Of a stretch of 64,000 bases of DNA, positions 1 to 13,223 are shown in pieces; positions within the stretch are counted from its first letter, which is position 1, and each line of letters begins with the position of its first letter. The stretch spans positions 2,418,001 to 2,482,000 of the forward strand of contig JASTWF010000036.1 in NCBI GenBank assembly GCA_030390025.1, given 5' to 3'. The translations under genes and the position numbers were made by a program. The notes under the pieces were generated by a model. That model was not told where the DNA came from and searched no databases. It saw only the letters and a list, made by a program, of their open reading frames with translations. This DNA is from Squalus acanthias (taxonomy: Eukaryota).

Positions 1-1006
1 CACCTCTCCAGGCAGACAGGACGGAGATTGGGAATTCACTATGTGGAGAATCACAGGCATGAACACGAGTCTTGCCACTCCAGTGTGATGTGCCATTATT
101 CAAAACTTCAAATTAAGAAAATTCAAGGCTCAACAAAATAAAGTCCTGAACTTCTTTTTATTATTCTCTAATTTCATTCATTTTTTAAAATCTCCCTAAT
201 CTTCCTGCACCACGGATCTCCTACAGCTGAGATTGGCCAGGCAACCTATTCCCAGGCTTGTGTGCCTATGTTGCTCTCAAGTTGGGTGCCAAATATTTTT
301 CCTATGTTCTTCATCCCCTTCTCTGTGGAGAGATGCCTGGCCTCAGCGTGGCATCTTGCCACAGCAGCATGGCCAAGACTGCAAACTTACAGTAACCATG
401 AATCCTGCCACTCTGTAATGCCACAACAGTGGTGCTCCAACCCACTATACCACCTGAAGTTCAAAACTTCTCCAATGAACTTCATCAGATTATGCAAGAC
501 AAAGATGATGTGCATTGAAAGAAATCAATAATCAATAAGCAGAGATGAAAGTAATCAGTGCATTTTACTGATGGAGTTGATGTCATAGTTTTCTCAAAGA
601 GAAGACTCTTTTTTTCCACTGAATTTATCAAATTATTGAATGTAATATTGAACATTCTGAAGAGCCATTCATAAATGTACCTCAAAACATTTGTACTTCA
701 TGTCATGTAGGAAAAGTGATTCCATTAAGAACCATGACAGAAGAATGCTGGTCGCTGTGTGTAGCAAAATTGTAAACAGCATTTTACCATGTCACTGCAC
801 ATAGTGACCAGAGCTATTCTTCCCCCTCTGTTACAGATGCTTTTGGACAAGCATTATTGGTATACTGTCCAAATAAAATATCTCCCTGTGGCTAGCAGAA
901 GTGAAAGATGGTGGTCATTAGTAAAAAAAAAAACAGTTGCTCCAAATGGTAAAAACTGTGGCATCTTTGCTTACATAGGATACGCTTACCAAAAAAAGAC
1001 ACAGCT

Positions 1007-1735
1007 GTGAAGGAGCAAAGGGATTTGGGTGTTCAGGTACGCAAATCACTAAAAGCTAGTGGAAAGGTACAAAAAGTGATCAGAAAGGCCAATGGAATGT
1101 TGGCCTTTATCTCAAGTGGGCTGGTATACAAAGGGGAGGAAGTTGTGCTTCAGTTGTATAAAGCTCTAGTTAGACCCTATCTGGACACTGCGTTCAGTTC
1201 TGGGCACCGCACCTCAGGAAGAATATATTGCCCTTGGAGCGGGTACAGCGCAGATTCACCAGAATGATACCAGGGCTAAAAGGGTTAAATTATGAGGACA
1301 GGTTGCATAAACGTGGCTTGTATTCACTTCAGTTTAGAAGGTTGAAGGTCTCTAAGTGAGCTGTCTAAAATGAGAAAGGGATTCGATAGGGTAGATACAG
1401 AGAAACTATTTACTCTTGTGGGGGAATGCAAAACAAGGGGGCACAATCTTAAAATTAGAGCTGGACCAGTTTGGAGTGAAGTCAGGAAGCATTTTTTCAC
1501 ACAAAGGGTGGTGGAAATCTGGAACTCTCTCCCTAAAAGGTTGTGGATGCTGGGGGTCAATTGAAATTTTCAAGACTGAGATTCAATATTCAACATTTTT
1601 GTTAATTAAGGATACTAATGGATACAGCGAAAAGGCAAGTAAATGGAGCTTGGGTACAGATCATCCATGATCTAATTGAGTAACAGAACCAGCTTGAAGA
1701 GGTGAATGGCCTACTCCTGTTTCTATATTCCTAAG
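1007..1735 (+). mobile_element. CR1 LINE 3' fragment
   Basis: QRDLGV...LYKALVRPYL and TRGHNLKI...FFTQRVVEIWNSLP peptides, followed by a CR1-type 3' UTR (ATGGCCTACTCCTG). Confidence 0.9.
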
Positions 1736-2399
1736 ATGTGTATCTAAAATGTGATTCTGCAGAACAACTAATCATAATGATGAATATATTACAAATCCAC
1801 CAATGGCATAGTATGTAAAGGTACCACCTGGTATAGTGCTGTAAGTGCTTGTTATTGCAGGTCAGTTGGTAACAAACAAGAAAAGACTTCAGAGTCTGAA
1901 GATGTGGCCCCCAATATTTCACCACCCCGTGTGCTCTGTGCTAAAGTACCTGAACCTGCCCATATTTCTGAATTCAAGGGCTTTGCATATTGTGGGCATG
2001 TGCTGGGTGTATGTCTATGCAGACATCATCACCGATCTATTCCTGTTTCTTTCTTTGTAAGAGAACTCAGCACACAATAGAAGAGTTATGTCTGCACTTT
2101 GAGAGAAGGAAGCAGCCTTCCAAGATCTGATCCCATTTGAGGAGTGTACCCATGTGGGTGAATGCTATTTAACTCCAGGGGATTAATAAGATGGTAGGAA
2201 GAATGGGAATGAGTAAGCTACTTTCAGGAGAATGCTTCATTTACCAATGTTTGCTGAATGGATTTAGCAGCTGACAACTGGGCTCTTCCAGCTCCTCAGG
2301 GATGGCCCCCGGAAACGCCATGAGGCAAAACAAAAAAAATTCAATGCCATCATAATCTTGTGTGTGACTGGCAGCGCTGTGCCACTTCTCTAACTCTCC

Positions 2400-4627
2400 G
2401 AAGACATTCTTGGATTCCAATGTGGAACTCTGTATTTCATCTCTTTTTCTTATCTGGACTGGTAATATTGCAGCATATTTATGGTTTCAATCTCTTTGTT
2501 TCCGAACGTAGCCAATTGACATGACTTCCTTGTCAACCTTCCTGGCCAGTGATGTGCATTGGCAATAAACAGTTCCTTGCCTCTCTTGCAGACATCAAAT
2601 TTGTACCATAGACTAAAATGTCATGTGTCACGACAGCACCGTCTTCCCAGTTTCAACTGCCTCATGAAGTCGTCTCTGAAATTCCTCAGGAGCTGGATAG
2701 ATTCCAAAAGGCATGTGCAACCATCTGTACCTTTCAAAAAGTATGGAAAAGGGAGTGAGCAGACTCAATTCTTCATCTTATATAATATGCCAAAACCCAT
2801 TCTTTGTATCCACAGCCGTGAATATCTTCACTTTGGCTGATTCAGAGAGAACATCACGTACAGAAGTTTTGTTAAGTGGCTTTGGATCGACGCACAGGCA
2901 CACGTAATCATTTGCTTTCACTACCATCATTGAAGAGATACAATAAATCAGGACACTTCCTATCAACAAGCTCATTAATGTGCTTCTTGACAAGTTTTTT
3001 TTACAGCTGGAGGAAGTTTCCTGGCTGGCAACTGGCATCTTGAGATCAACTTGAAGGTGCAGAGTGCCCAACTTTCCTTCTCCTTTGAAGACATCCTAGT
3101 ACTTGGACAATATATTTTGTTTTGCGAGTTTATCATACTGTTCTCATGAATCACCAAGTTGCATTTGCTGAATGACTAGCACCCAAAGCAAGTCCACATC
3201 TAGTTGGTAATATTTGAAACTCAGTGCTGTATTTCTTGGAGTTTCTGACAATGACTCATTTTTTCCCCAATGGTTTAATTTCTTTTTTTTTTAACGTGAG
3301 CAGTAAAGTGTTAGATTTCTGAAGCTCTCTACCACTTGGATCATCAGTCTCAGGTATTGATTCTCAGGTAGAACATTGACAATAAAAGCACAGCTAGCTG
3401 AAATCTGATTCGCTTGTTGCTTAAGAGCATGTTGACAGATAATTTGTTAGGATATTGATCTTCTATAGGTCCAATAACTTCATGCAAGAGATGTAATCTT
3501 CATCTAAGCCACAATTAGTTTCATCGACTGAAGACTGCCTTTGTTCTGACCTCTGGACTTTGGACACTTGGCTGAGAAATACTTCTGTTCTTTACATGTA
3601 TTGCACTTCTGACCCCAAGACAGGCTTCTTTCTTTCTGATATGGCATGATATTTTCCATAGTATTTACAGTCTATTTCAGGAGCTTTTCAAAATTTGTTG
3701 GGCTTTACATCTGGAGTCATTTTCTCCTTTTTCTTTCCTAAATATTGAACTTCTTCCTGGGTCCTCATTTCTTTCAGTTGCTTGGCTGTTGATTCACTAG
3801 CTTTACATATGTCGATGTTTTCAATGTTAGATTTAGTTCTTGTAAAATTTTCTTCGTAGTACCGGGGTCCCAATAAATATGGTGTCTCTGATGTGACTTT
3901 CTTCTAGCCAAGTTGTGGAAATTGGCAACATACAACTATTGCTTCATCAGGATCTTGTTCCCAATTGTTGAATATATAGCATTTAGAATTTGCATTAGTC
4001 TTTTCAACACAAAATTGTTCCAACAACCTCTACATCAATCTTGCCTCAAACCGAAGACCATCAAGTAATTTCAGTGCTTCTCTGCTCATATGGGTAATTA
4101 GTGCTACAGTTCTGACATCTTTTGGCTACTTAATGAAATGTGATTTTTTTTGCACATTCTTAAGGTTTTTCAAGTTGCTGACAACATTAGCAACCATTTC
4201 TAGACTTGCTATCGATGGTATGTTTGATAAAAGGTTCACAGAAATTCTTTGTGCTTTAACATTTTAATTTTCCATTTTAAGTGACTCGTCGATTGATACA
4301 ATTACACAAAGAAGGATACAGTAAAACAAAAAAAATATTTTGATCAGTTTTGATGAAAAGCACATGGAGTTGTAGGAAATTGCTTTCCTGGCTTCAATTT
4401 CTTTTTCCATCGTCTGTATCTCCCTTTAAAAAGTTTTGGACACCAAGTAGTGTTTGTTATTACGTTCAGGTGGTAACAATCTAGAAGACTTCAAAGGTTC
4501 AAAACATACTGCGTATTGATCAGGAATTTCAAGAAGACTACACTACCAGGTTAGAGGGAATAGTCAGGGAACTTCCTGTACTTGACTATGGATACAAAGA
4601 TGCACCAATAGAGATACATCCACAACA
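2400..4627 (-). mobile_element. Degenerate Ty3/Gypsy LTR retrotransposon (5' LTR, PBS, gag-pol relic with internal deletion)
   Basis: RT motifs LCVDPKPLNK and DTKNGFWHI near 2790-2900. Gag-like frames at 3700-4200. PBS-like TGGTGTCC at 4438-4445 directly follows a ~180-nt segment starting TGTTG at 4627. Confidence 0.7.
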
Positions 4628-5814
4628 TCAGGTTACTGGAGCCAACTCGGTCGATCCAGGATCCTTTCAGGTAGGATTATGAATTCGTGATGCTGGGCAA
4701 TTTAACTTGCTCCTTGAATTATGAAGCAGAACATCGCTGGATTGCTTTCTTTTTTCATTTTCCTCAATCAATTTTCTCCACTCCTATTCTTCCCAAAACA
4801 CCAACTCCTTCTTGGACTACAGGTTCCAGTTGTTTCCCAGTACCTTCTTCAAATGGCCATTCATCATGTCTTCTAGCCATCAGTATCGGCAGGTTATTTT
4901 ACCACATGGGGCATCACATCCTCAGCCCCGATCCTGTACACACATGCATATCTTGCAGCAAGGGTCTTAGATGGCCATCAGGAAAACCATCTTGGTTGAT
5001 CTTTCCACCTCCCTAATTCAGTAACACCCCTACTCCCATCCAGATGCAAATCAGCTAATGCAGCACAGACTAGCGATCAAATCTGGGACCTTCTGATCTG
5101 TGCGGCTCAGCTGCAAGCTGGCTTAACCAAATGTCTCCTGGAAGGCCATTTCAAATGTTGACCATTCTCTGTGTAAAGAACTTCCTGGTATCAGTCCTAA
5201 AGTTACCTTTTACGAGCTTGAATCTGTGTCACCTTATTCCTACTCCTACAATTTAATTTAAAGCAGTATTCCGTATTCTTTATCTACAGGCCTGTTATTA
5301 TCAAATTCACCACAAGATGTTTCTCTGCGTATCAGTGACTAATGGTCCTGTGCAGCATGCGGATGGCTGGCTTCCCAGAGTGGTTCTAGGACTGGGTACA
5401 TGTGTACACACACTCAATGTGACAAATTTTGTTCTATTGGGTTTTTAAGTTTGGCCAATGTATGTACATTTGAAATGGACATTTACAGCTTGTTTAACTT
5501 GAAATTTACTTAATGTGGTATTTAATTGGATAATGAATGAACATTGTTACTCTAGGTTAAATCATCAGATTAAATGCAGTAGAATATAGAATTAAGGTAT
5601 TCAAAAGTGGTTGCTAGAAATGTCTTCCAGTTTCACAGCAGGACAAAGTGATTTGGAAATAGCAGTAGTCACTATACCAGCACCTGCAGGACACTCCTGT
5701 ACACAGTTATACTGAGCACCAGGGAAGCATGGCCCCGCTACCTCCCAGTTCCACTATGTCATTTCTATTTCACCAGTGCACTGTCTGGTATGAGAAAATA
5801 CAAATACGAAGAAA

Positions 5815-6245
5815 GACTTAAAAATTGGGGCTGTTTTCTTCAAAACAGAGGAGATTAAGTGGTGATTTGATTAAGGTGTTTAAAATTATGAAGCGATGGG
5901 ACAGAGTAGATAAAAACATACTGTTTCCAGTGGTTAAGGGGTCAAGAATGAGGGGACTTGGATACAAGGTTAAATATAAGTGATTTCTGATCGAAAGCAG
6001 GAGAAGTAATTTTACACAGATTTTGAGGCTGTGGAATTCACTACCAGAGTTAGTGATTGAAGCAGAGACCAGGTCAACATTTAAAAATTGGTTAGAGGGG
6101 TGGTTGAAGGAAAAGGGAATGAAGGGACATGGGAACAGGAGATGCACATGGGATTAGGACTTACTGATCGAGTGGAGGATAAACAGCAACACGAACCGCT
6201 TGGGCCAAATGGCCTGTTTCTGTGTTGTAATTTCTATGTGATTAA
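5815..6245 (+). mobile_element. CR1 LINE 3' fragment, flanked by older minus-strand CR1 pieces (~5150-5330 and ~6245-6520)
   Basis: LGLFSS..RRLSGDLIKVFKIM frame and 3' UTR GGGCCAAATGGCCTGTTTCTGTG. Confidence 0.8.
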
Positions 6246-7610
6246 TCTTTTCCATACCATTTACTATCTTATATCCCTTTAAGATCACCTCTCAGATACC
6301 TTCTTTCCAGAGAGAAAAGCCCAAGCATCGCCAGGCTTTCCTCATAATTTAGACCCTATATTTAGGGATCAGCCTTGTATCTCTTTTCTGCACTGCCTCC
6401 AGCACTTGAATGTTTCCCTTGTATCTTGCTGACTAGAACTGGACACATTGCTTGAGGTGCACTCTGACCAGAGCACGGTACAGTTTGACCACAACTTTCG
6501 CTGACTTGTATTCTACTGAATTAGGTTGAATTCAGCTCAAGATTACAGCCTGTATCAATGGCTTTAAGGAATATCAAAGAGAAACAAGCTTTGCGATTCT
6601 GAATCCTTTCCGTTAATCTGTAGAACCATGCGCTGAAACCACCAGTTCAAGAAGGCAACTCACCATCTCCTCCTCTGGGCAAGTAGGGATGGACAATAAA
6701 TGCAGCTTCGACAGTGTTTTACACATCCCGAAAACAAAAAGAATTCTCATTTCTTTTCAAGGAAAAGAAACACTGGTCGAAGTCTAAGCCTAATCGTGGG
6801 GAAAAATAAAGATTCCTATTTCCCTACTCTATTTTTAAAGTGACCGCATATATTGAGATTCTGTATCTATACAAAACATCCAGAATGGCATCTCAAAAAC
6901 ACTAGTGACCAAGATTGCCAAAGAACCTCTGTGTTTGATTAATAGTTAGGCACATCACCTACCCTTAGTTACCAACTATACAATTGCCCAATGATTTTAA
7001 ACCTCTATAGTGTGCACAATCTTATATTTTTTGGGACAAAAACCCTCTTGCACTGTACACAATCGGATGCCAGAACACACCTGGAGTTTCTAATGCCCCA
7101 CTGCTGAAATAATGCATTTGTTGTCCTTAAGTAGAAACTGACTGTTAGTCACTGTAATCTACTCACCTTGACATAATGGCAGCCACCTTTCAAACACAAG
7201 GCAAGTATAAAAGTATGTTTAAAATGTGCTGTATTGTATAACATAACTGATGGTCAGTGACGAATTACGAGTTTGTGATTGTGAGTCTGTAGGTTATGAG
7301 TGTAGCTCATCAGGGATTACATACACCTTTGTCACACATTCCTTCCATCCGTTATTCTAAAAGTCACCTTTCACTGCACTTTTACCTCTTCTAAGGTTGG
7401 GGGTTTAGACTGCATTGTTTGGTAATACTGTTAGAGCCAAACAGTCTCACTCAACCATACCATATATCTAACCTAGGGATGCTTGCAAGTCATTGAATGC
7501 AATACTGGGAAAAATTCAAATTTTTCAACACATCATCCCTTAAGAGCATTGGAAGGTCTGTGCTGTATATTCGGTATTTTAAAACAAAGGTATTGGTACA
7601 TCGTAATTTA

Positions 7611-8407
7611 CATGCACCTTCAAAATGCGTGACCGATTATTCAATATGGATTCCATGCAATCAACAGCAGTGAGTCTCATCCCACATTAAATTATTTCAA
7701 ATCTTTCTAATGTTATGATGGCATCAAACTCATTCAGTGCAATGCTTGATTGTGATCAGATTCTTTTAAAGTGACACAACAGGGGTACCATAGAGCATGG
7801 TATAAAGAAGGGAGGAAGTGGAAGGAAAAGCTGTCAGACAAGGCCACCAGTCTCCATTGGACTGGATTGAGAACAACCAGGTACAAGAAGATGAACACCA
7901 TGGCCATGCATATATTTAAAAAGCCTAAAAATATGTATTTCTGATAACACGCACAGTCAGAATTCAAAAACATTCAATTTTACCTCATATTTGCACAAAA
8001 AACTACATTCCCCAATTGAAAAATTTAATTAAGTTTGGCACTGTGTCTATCATTTTCAATTTTCATCGATCATTCATTCTGCCTGATCCATATTTAAGCA
8101 TATGCTTCATGCATACATCTTTGCACCTGGTGATTCTCTGTTTAGGTTACAGCAGAAAAACCCTTTTAAACATTAAAGGAAAGCCAGGCCAAATGAGAAC
8201 AGCTGATGTATGTTCTACGATGGCATGTAGTTTGGGCCAATCTAATGTGATGAGGCAGCCTAATGTATCTCCTTTTCAGGAGAGGGTGCAGGTGGGGAAT
8301 AACAGGGAGAGGGGATAAGTTCAGCAGCTGTGTCATGGTTAATTTCCCCCTCCCTAGAGTTTATTGATCAATTCTAGCATGCTTAAACTTTTTCTCATAT
8401 GCATGCA
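7611..8407 (-). promoter_or_regulatory. Cluster of RBFOX-type (U)GCAUG intronic splicing elements downstream of exon 18A
   Basis: TGCATG on the minus strand at 8402-8407, 8108-8113, 7905-7910, 7654-7659 and 7611-7616, plus GCATG at 8378-8382. Confidence 0.65.
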
Positions 8408-8415
8408 GAAGGTCA

Positions 8416-8556
<141 letters not shown>

Positions 8557-8849
8557 CTATACAGAAACAGAAAAGCAAAGTTCCCAATACTGTTAGCAAA
8601 GGCCCTATCACTGATGAAACAAAGTGGACTAATTGTAAGATTGCCCCAAGCTCGTTGCGATGAACTGAGGTCAGCTCCCTACTTCCCTTGCCTGAAGTAA
8701 TTCCCAGTGACCTAGAAGGAAATGCGTAGTTGAGAAGAGGCATAAGATAGAACAAAAGGAAGAAAAGTGAAAAAGAAGGGTCACAGACACACAGACAACT
8801 AAAGGGGACCTGTTGGAGGAAAACGCCCAATGGATGATAAGAACCTTAC

Positions 8850-8931
8850 CCTTGCCCTTTACTTTGTGAAGATCCAATCGAAGTGAGGGGAGAAAAAGCC
8901 CAGAAAATTAAGCCACACAAATAAAAGGTAC
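8850..8931 (-). other. SCN8A: SCN8A exon 18N-type poison (premature stop) alternative exon
   Basis: 82 nt. Acceptor TTCTTTTTTGTAG|GTACC, donor AGG|GTAAGG. Reads VPFICVA then TAA (8908-8910). Lies 293 nt upstream of 18A. Start GTACC..TTTGT.TGGCTTAATTT and end GTAAAGGGC.AGG resemble mammalian 18N as I recall it. Confidence 0.85.
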
Positions 8932-10994
8932 CTACAAAAAAGAATACAGGTAAATCTGTGCTGCATATCAAACTAACCTCTGATATATCCTTTATATACA
9001 GAGGCACTGCACTGGAAAGGGGGGGTGAGGGGTGGCAGAGGGGACAGAGAGTTCGGTCTGCAAACAAACTATTACCAATGTATAGTCACACTGGCACTTG
9101 GTGATGTATTAAGTTTGGTCACATTCAACCCTTTGTACTTATATTTAGTTAAACAAAACGTGCATTTACAAAGCAAGTGGGTTCCCCAGAAAGTTTTCAT
9201 TTAAAGCTACAGTATCTCTTTACCTACCAATAATCAATCACAAATATTTAAGAAGTGTCTTAGACATTACTTGTTAGTCAGGCTTGAAATGACTCACTGG
9301 AAAGGTGCTACAGTACTTGAAGACAATACCTGGTCGAATATATTGCCTTCACGTAAAATTTGGCATAAAGTTTAAGACTTCTCCAATGTGAGAAACTTAA
9401 AATACAGGAAAGATTGCGCATTTATATGTTTTTTTTCCCCAGTTGTCTACTCAGCCTCTGTATGGGTGTGCCACACAGCAGAAAGGCTTGGGGCAGGGGA
9501 AAAGGAAAACAGACACAGGCTCAAATTTACAGATTTGAGACACATCTGTTTTAATACGTGCAGATAACTGAAATTAATTTCATTTGCACCCCTTAGTGCC
9601 TGCTAGGGAAAAAAGAGGATCTCTCACTATTTCTCCAAGTGGGATTAAAATTCGGATTTAAGAGGTGAAAGGGCAGAATGCTGTTTCAACACAAGGCATC
9701 GCCTATTCAACATGGCTTGATATCTGATTGTGTTCAGAATTGATCTATTTTGGATAACTAATTAATAGCATTGCAATTGTGTCTCTATTGTACTGGTACA
9801 GTAATGCAACTCTTTTACAATGATGGAGAGTCCAAACAAATCATATATTATATCTCACGTATGTATGATGTATGTGCAGAGTAAGTGTACCAGTATCTCC
9901 CCTGATCCATGCTTTTTAATACCCCTGTTTATTCTAGTGAATGTCATGTGTGGTCCTTCGTACCCAAAAAAGATGCTTGGTCATAAACAAAGGGAGGAAC
10001 AGAAACCCATTTTGTGAGCATTCTAACTAGTTTTTTTTTAAAAAACACTCTGAGCACTAAAGACAGTATTGTAGAGATAAGCCACCCACTTAAGAATTGA
10101 TGGAAACATTTGCTTTATCCATTATGACTTCGGACTCAGCATTTTGGCTCGGCTTATAATTGACTCAAAAAACTGAATAAACAATCGTCATTTAATAGAG
10201 GTAATTGGCACTACAGGTTGCACTCATCCCCAGAAATGACACCAGGAAAGTGCTGAGAAAGTTAGTTACCATAAACAATATAGCAGACCAAAATCTGTCT
10301 TCAGTACTCAGAGGGGTCAATAGGAGTTGTTTTGCACAATTGGAAAACATCTAAAATCAATTCATTTTTTGCACTTACACAAAGACACACTGAAACAATT
10401 CAAAGCCTTCTATAAGGAAATAAATCTAAACAGGAGTTTACAATACTATCGGTATTCGCTCTAAACACAATAGGGAACAATCTTCTCTACAAGGAAAGGA
10501 ACTATACAATAAATTGGTCTACAGGTTATGAACTCTGTATTAGTTCACCTTCAGCCAAGAAGAAATACTAAGCATGCTCACATCCACCTGTTTACAATGG
10601 GTATTGTACCCGAAGCCAAAAGGGAAAGTAAGGATGCTGATCGTCCAAGACTCTGAAAGGGAAGTTAATGAGATCTGTATGTAACATGTTCATTAGTATG
10701 CGTTTATCTAATCAATTCAACCAAAATGGAAATTCAAATCCACAGGCAAAATACTAATATAGGTCATTCTCCACCATTTTGCCTCCATGTTTTTTCATGC
10801 CCACATTACACCGACAGGTTTCAAAACAATCATTGGAAACATCATAGGGCTAAAACACCAAGTCATTATAAATGTTCTTCATATAAAGTTTTATGATGTT
10901 GCTCTAGAAGAATGTTGGGACACACAGCTAGGGGACCCAAATTCAAATTTCTAGTTTTGACTGACCGTGGCATTCTGACTCGCTCTAGAAACAT

Positions 10995-11166
10995 GGGGGC
11001 TAAAATGGGACACGGGCGAGGACGCAAAACAGGCAGGATCACTTTTGCCGCCCTTTATGCAACACGCCCAATGAAGTCAATGAAACTGAATATCGGGCTG
11101 GGTGTATAATGGGCGACCAATGCAATACTGTCTGTTTTGGTCCCACCTATTTCCAATTTCACCCCC
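10995..11166. mobile_element. Palindromic MITE-like element
   Basis: Termini GGGGCTAAAATGG / CCAATTTCACCCC with imperfect internal symmetry. A related copy lies at ~13044-13223. Confidence 0.6.
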
Positions 11167-11707
11167 TAGGTTTGATAGTCTTAGCCTTGTTACTTGAGCA
11201 GAATAAAGCAGACTCCAACTATGGTAGAGTCTGCACCTACATTTGTCAAGTGGGCCTTCTGTGAGTTCAACCCGACACTGATGGTGTACATGGAGATACC
11301 TCCAGTCCTGGACAGTCTACTTGAGTGAGGAGAATCTAAGGGTGTTGGACAAAGTAAGGGGGAAGAGAGGATTGCAAGACTAAAATAGCAAACTTTCTTC
11401 AGAGAATAATAAATATTGAAGTGTTTCAGCCTATTAAGGAAGCAATAAAGACAGTAAAATTGGTGGCTTATTAACCAAGAATGACCAATATCACACAGTG
11501 ACATTTCAGATGTTAAATCAATAGATCAACTTAAAACAAAAACACAAACTATTCAATGGATGTATTTTCTATTAACAGTGAAGACATGCAGATGCAAATA
11601 AACCAAAATGTTTTTGAATTTATCAAAACTATGGTAGGGTTCCCCTCCCACATTTGTCAAGTGGGCCTTCTGTGAGTTCAACCTGACACTGATGGTGTGC
11701 ATGAAAA

Positions 11708-12358
11708 TGACTCAGAAACTCAACTGGACCAGCCACATCAATGCCGTGGCTACTAGAGCAGGTCGGAGGCTGGGTATTTTGCAACGAGTGGCTCATCTCC
11801 AGATTCCCCAAAGCCTCTCTGCGACCTACAAGGCACAAGTCAGGAGTGTAATGGAATACTCTCCACTTGCCTGGATGGGTGCAGCTCCAACAAGATTCAA
11901 GAAGCTCGACACCATCCAGGAGAAAGCAGTCCACTTAATCGGCACTCCATCCACCACCTTAAACATTCACTTCCTCTACCACCGGCGTACTATGGCTGCA
12001 GTGTGTACCATCTACAGGATGCATTGCAGCAACTTGCCAAGACTTCTTCAGCAGCATTTCCCAAACACAAGACCTCCCCCACCTAGGAGGACAACAGCAG
12101 CAGGCGCATGGGAACACCACCACCTCCAAGTTCCCCTCCAAGTCACACACCATCCTGACTTGGCGCCGTTCCTTCATCGTCGCTGGGTCAAAATCCTGGA
12201 ACTCCCTACCTAACAGCACTGTGGGAGTACCTTCACCACACGGACTGCAGCGGTTCAAGGTGGCGGCTCACCACCACCTTCTCAAGGGCAATTAGGGATG
12301 GGCAATAAATACCGGCCTTGCCAGCGACGCCCACATCCCAAGAATGAATTAAAAAAAA
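11708..12358 (+). mobile_element. 5'-truncated non-LTR retrotransposon (non-CR1-type C-terminus) with A-tail
   Basis: LNWTSHIN...YKAQVRSVMEYSPLAW post-RT peptide. The 3' end GGGCAATTAGGGATGGGCAATAAA runs into an A-tail. Confidence 0.85.
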
Positions 12359-13043
12359 CAAATAACAAAGTGAGACCTGTTGAAACTATTAAACTTCAAC
12401 AATTAAATCAAAGTGTCTACGTGTTGCAATATTCACCCACTTTATAATGAGAATTGTGTGTGTGTTAATCTCATATCTCATGTTTTTTTCACCATTTTGT
12501 ATACTTTATGCTATTCTCTATCATGTTCGGAGTTCCATTGTATGGCATTTGTAATGCATTGGCTAATGTGCTCACTTCCTTTGTTTCTTTAAAATAAATG
12601 GGTTAGAGATTTTGTTGAAAAGATTTCATGTGAATGTATTAACCAACTATTACAGTGGAATTTCAACTCCTTAACACAAACGTGTAAAAAATCTCTACAA
12701 AAACATATTTCCTATATATGCCTATAACATGCCAAGCATAAACATGGATATTTATGCTATTTAGCTTATTACAGAGAGAAACACGGTTTTAAACCATCGT
12801 CCAGAAATTACGCTGTGCGATATTACTTTAACCACTACTTTAACGGAGGCATTAACCCATTCCTTTTAAATGGTTAGTGCTTCGATTAAAATAGCAGACA
12901 AAAGAATTTGATACAAATGCATTAAGCGTTGATACAGTAATAAGTGTAATTTCTAGGCTTATATAATAAAAATGGAAGAATACAGTTATTGAAGTAATAC
13001 ACATTTTATACATTGGGGAACCAACAGATGATAACAGTGCAGG

Positions 13044-13223
13044 CGGGATAAATTCGACTTGGGTGGGGATGCTAAATGTGGGGTATCGCATGGGCCGCCT
13101 GTTATACGCCTGGCTTGATATTCAGTTCTATTGAAATCAATGAATATCAGGCGGGATGTATAATAGACGGCCGATTTGATACTGCCCATTCTGCACTACT
13201 GCTTAAGACAAATTTCTACCCCA
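13044..13223. mobile_element. Palindromic MITE-like element
   Basis: Termini GGGATAAATT / AATTTCTACCCC. The central ATTGAAATCAATGAA resembles that of the 10995 copy. Confidence 0.55.

Noticed and set aside
7734-7973. Hydrophobic minus-strand ORF containing VVLNP, as the possible exon after 18A
   Set aside because: The expected VVVNAL.GAIPSIMNVLLVCLIFW peptide is absent. The next true exon is not found in 1-8433 and must lie beyond the window start.
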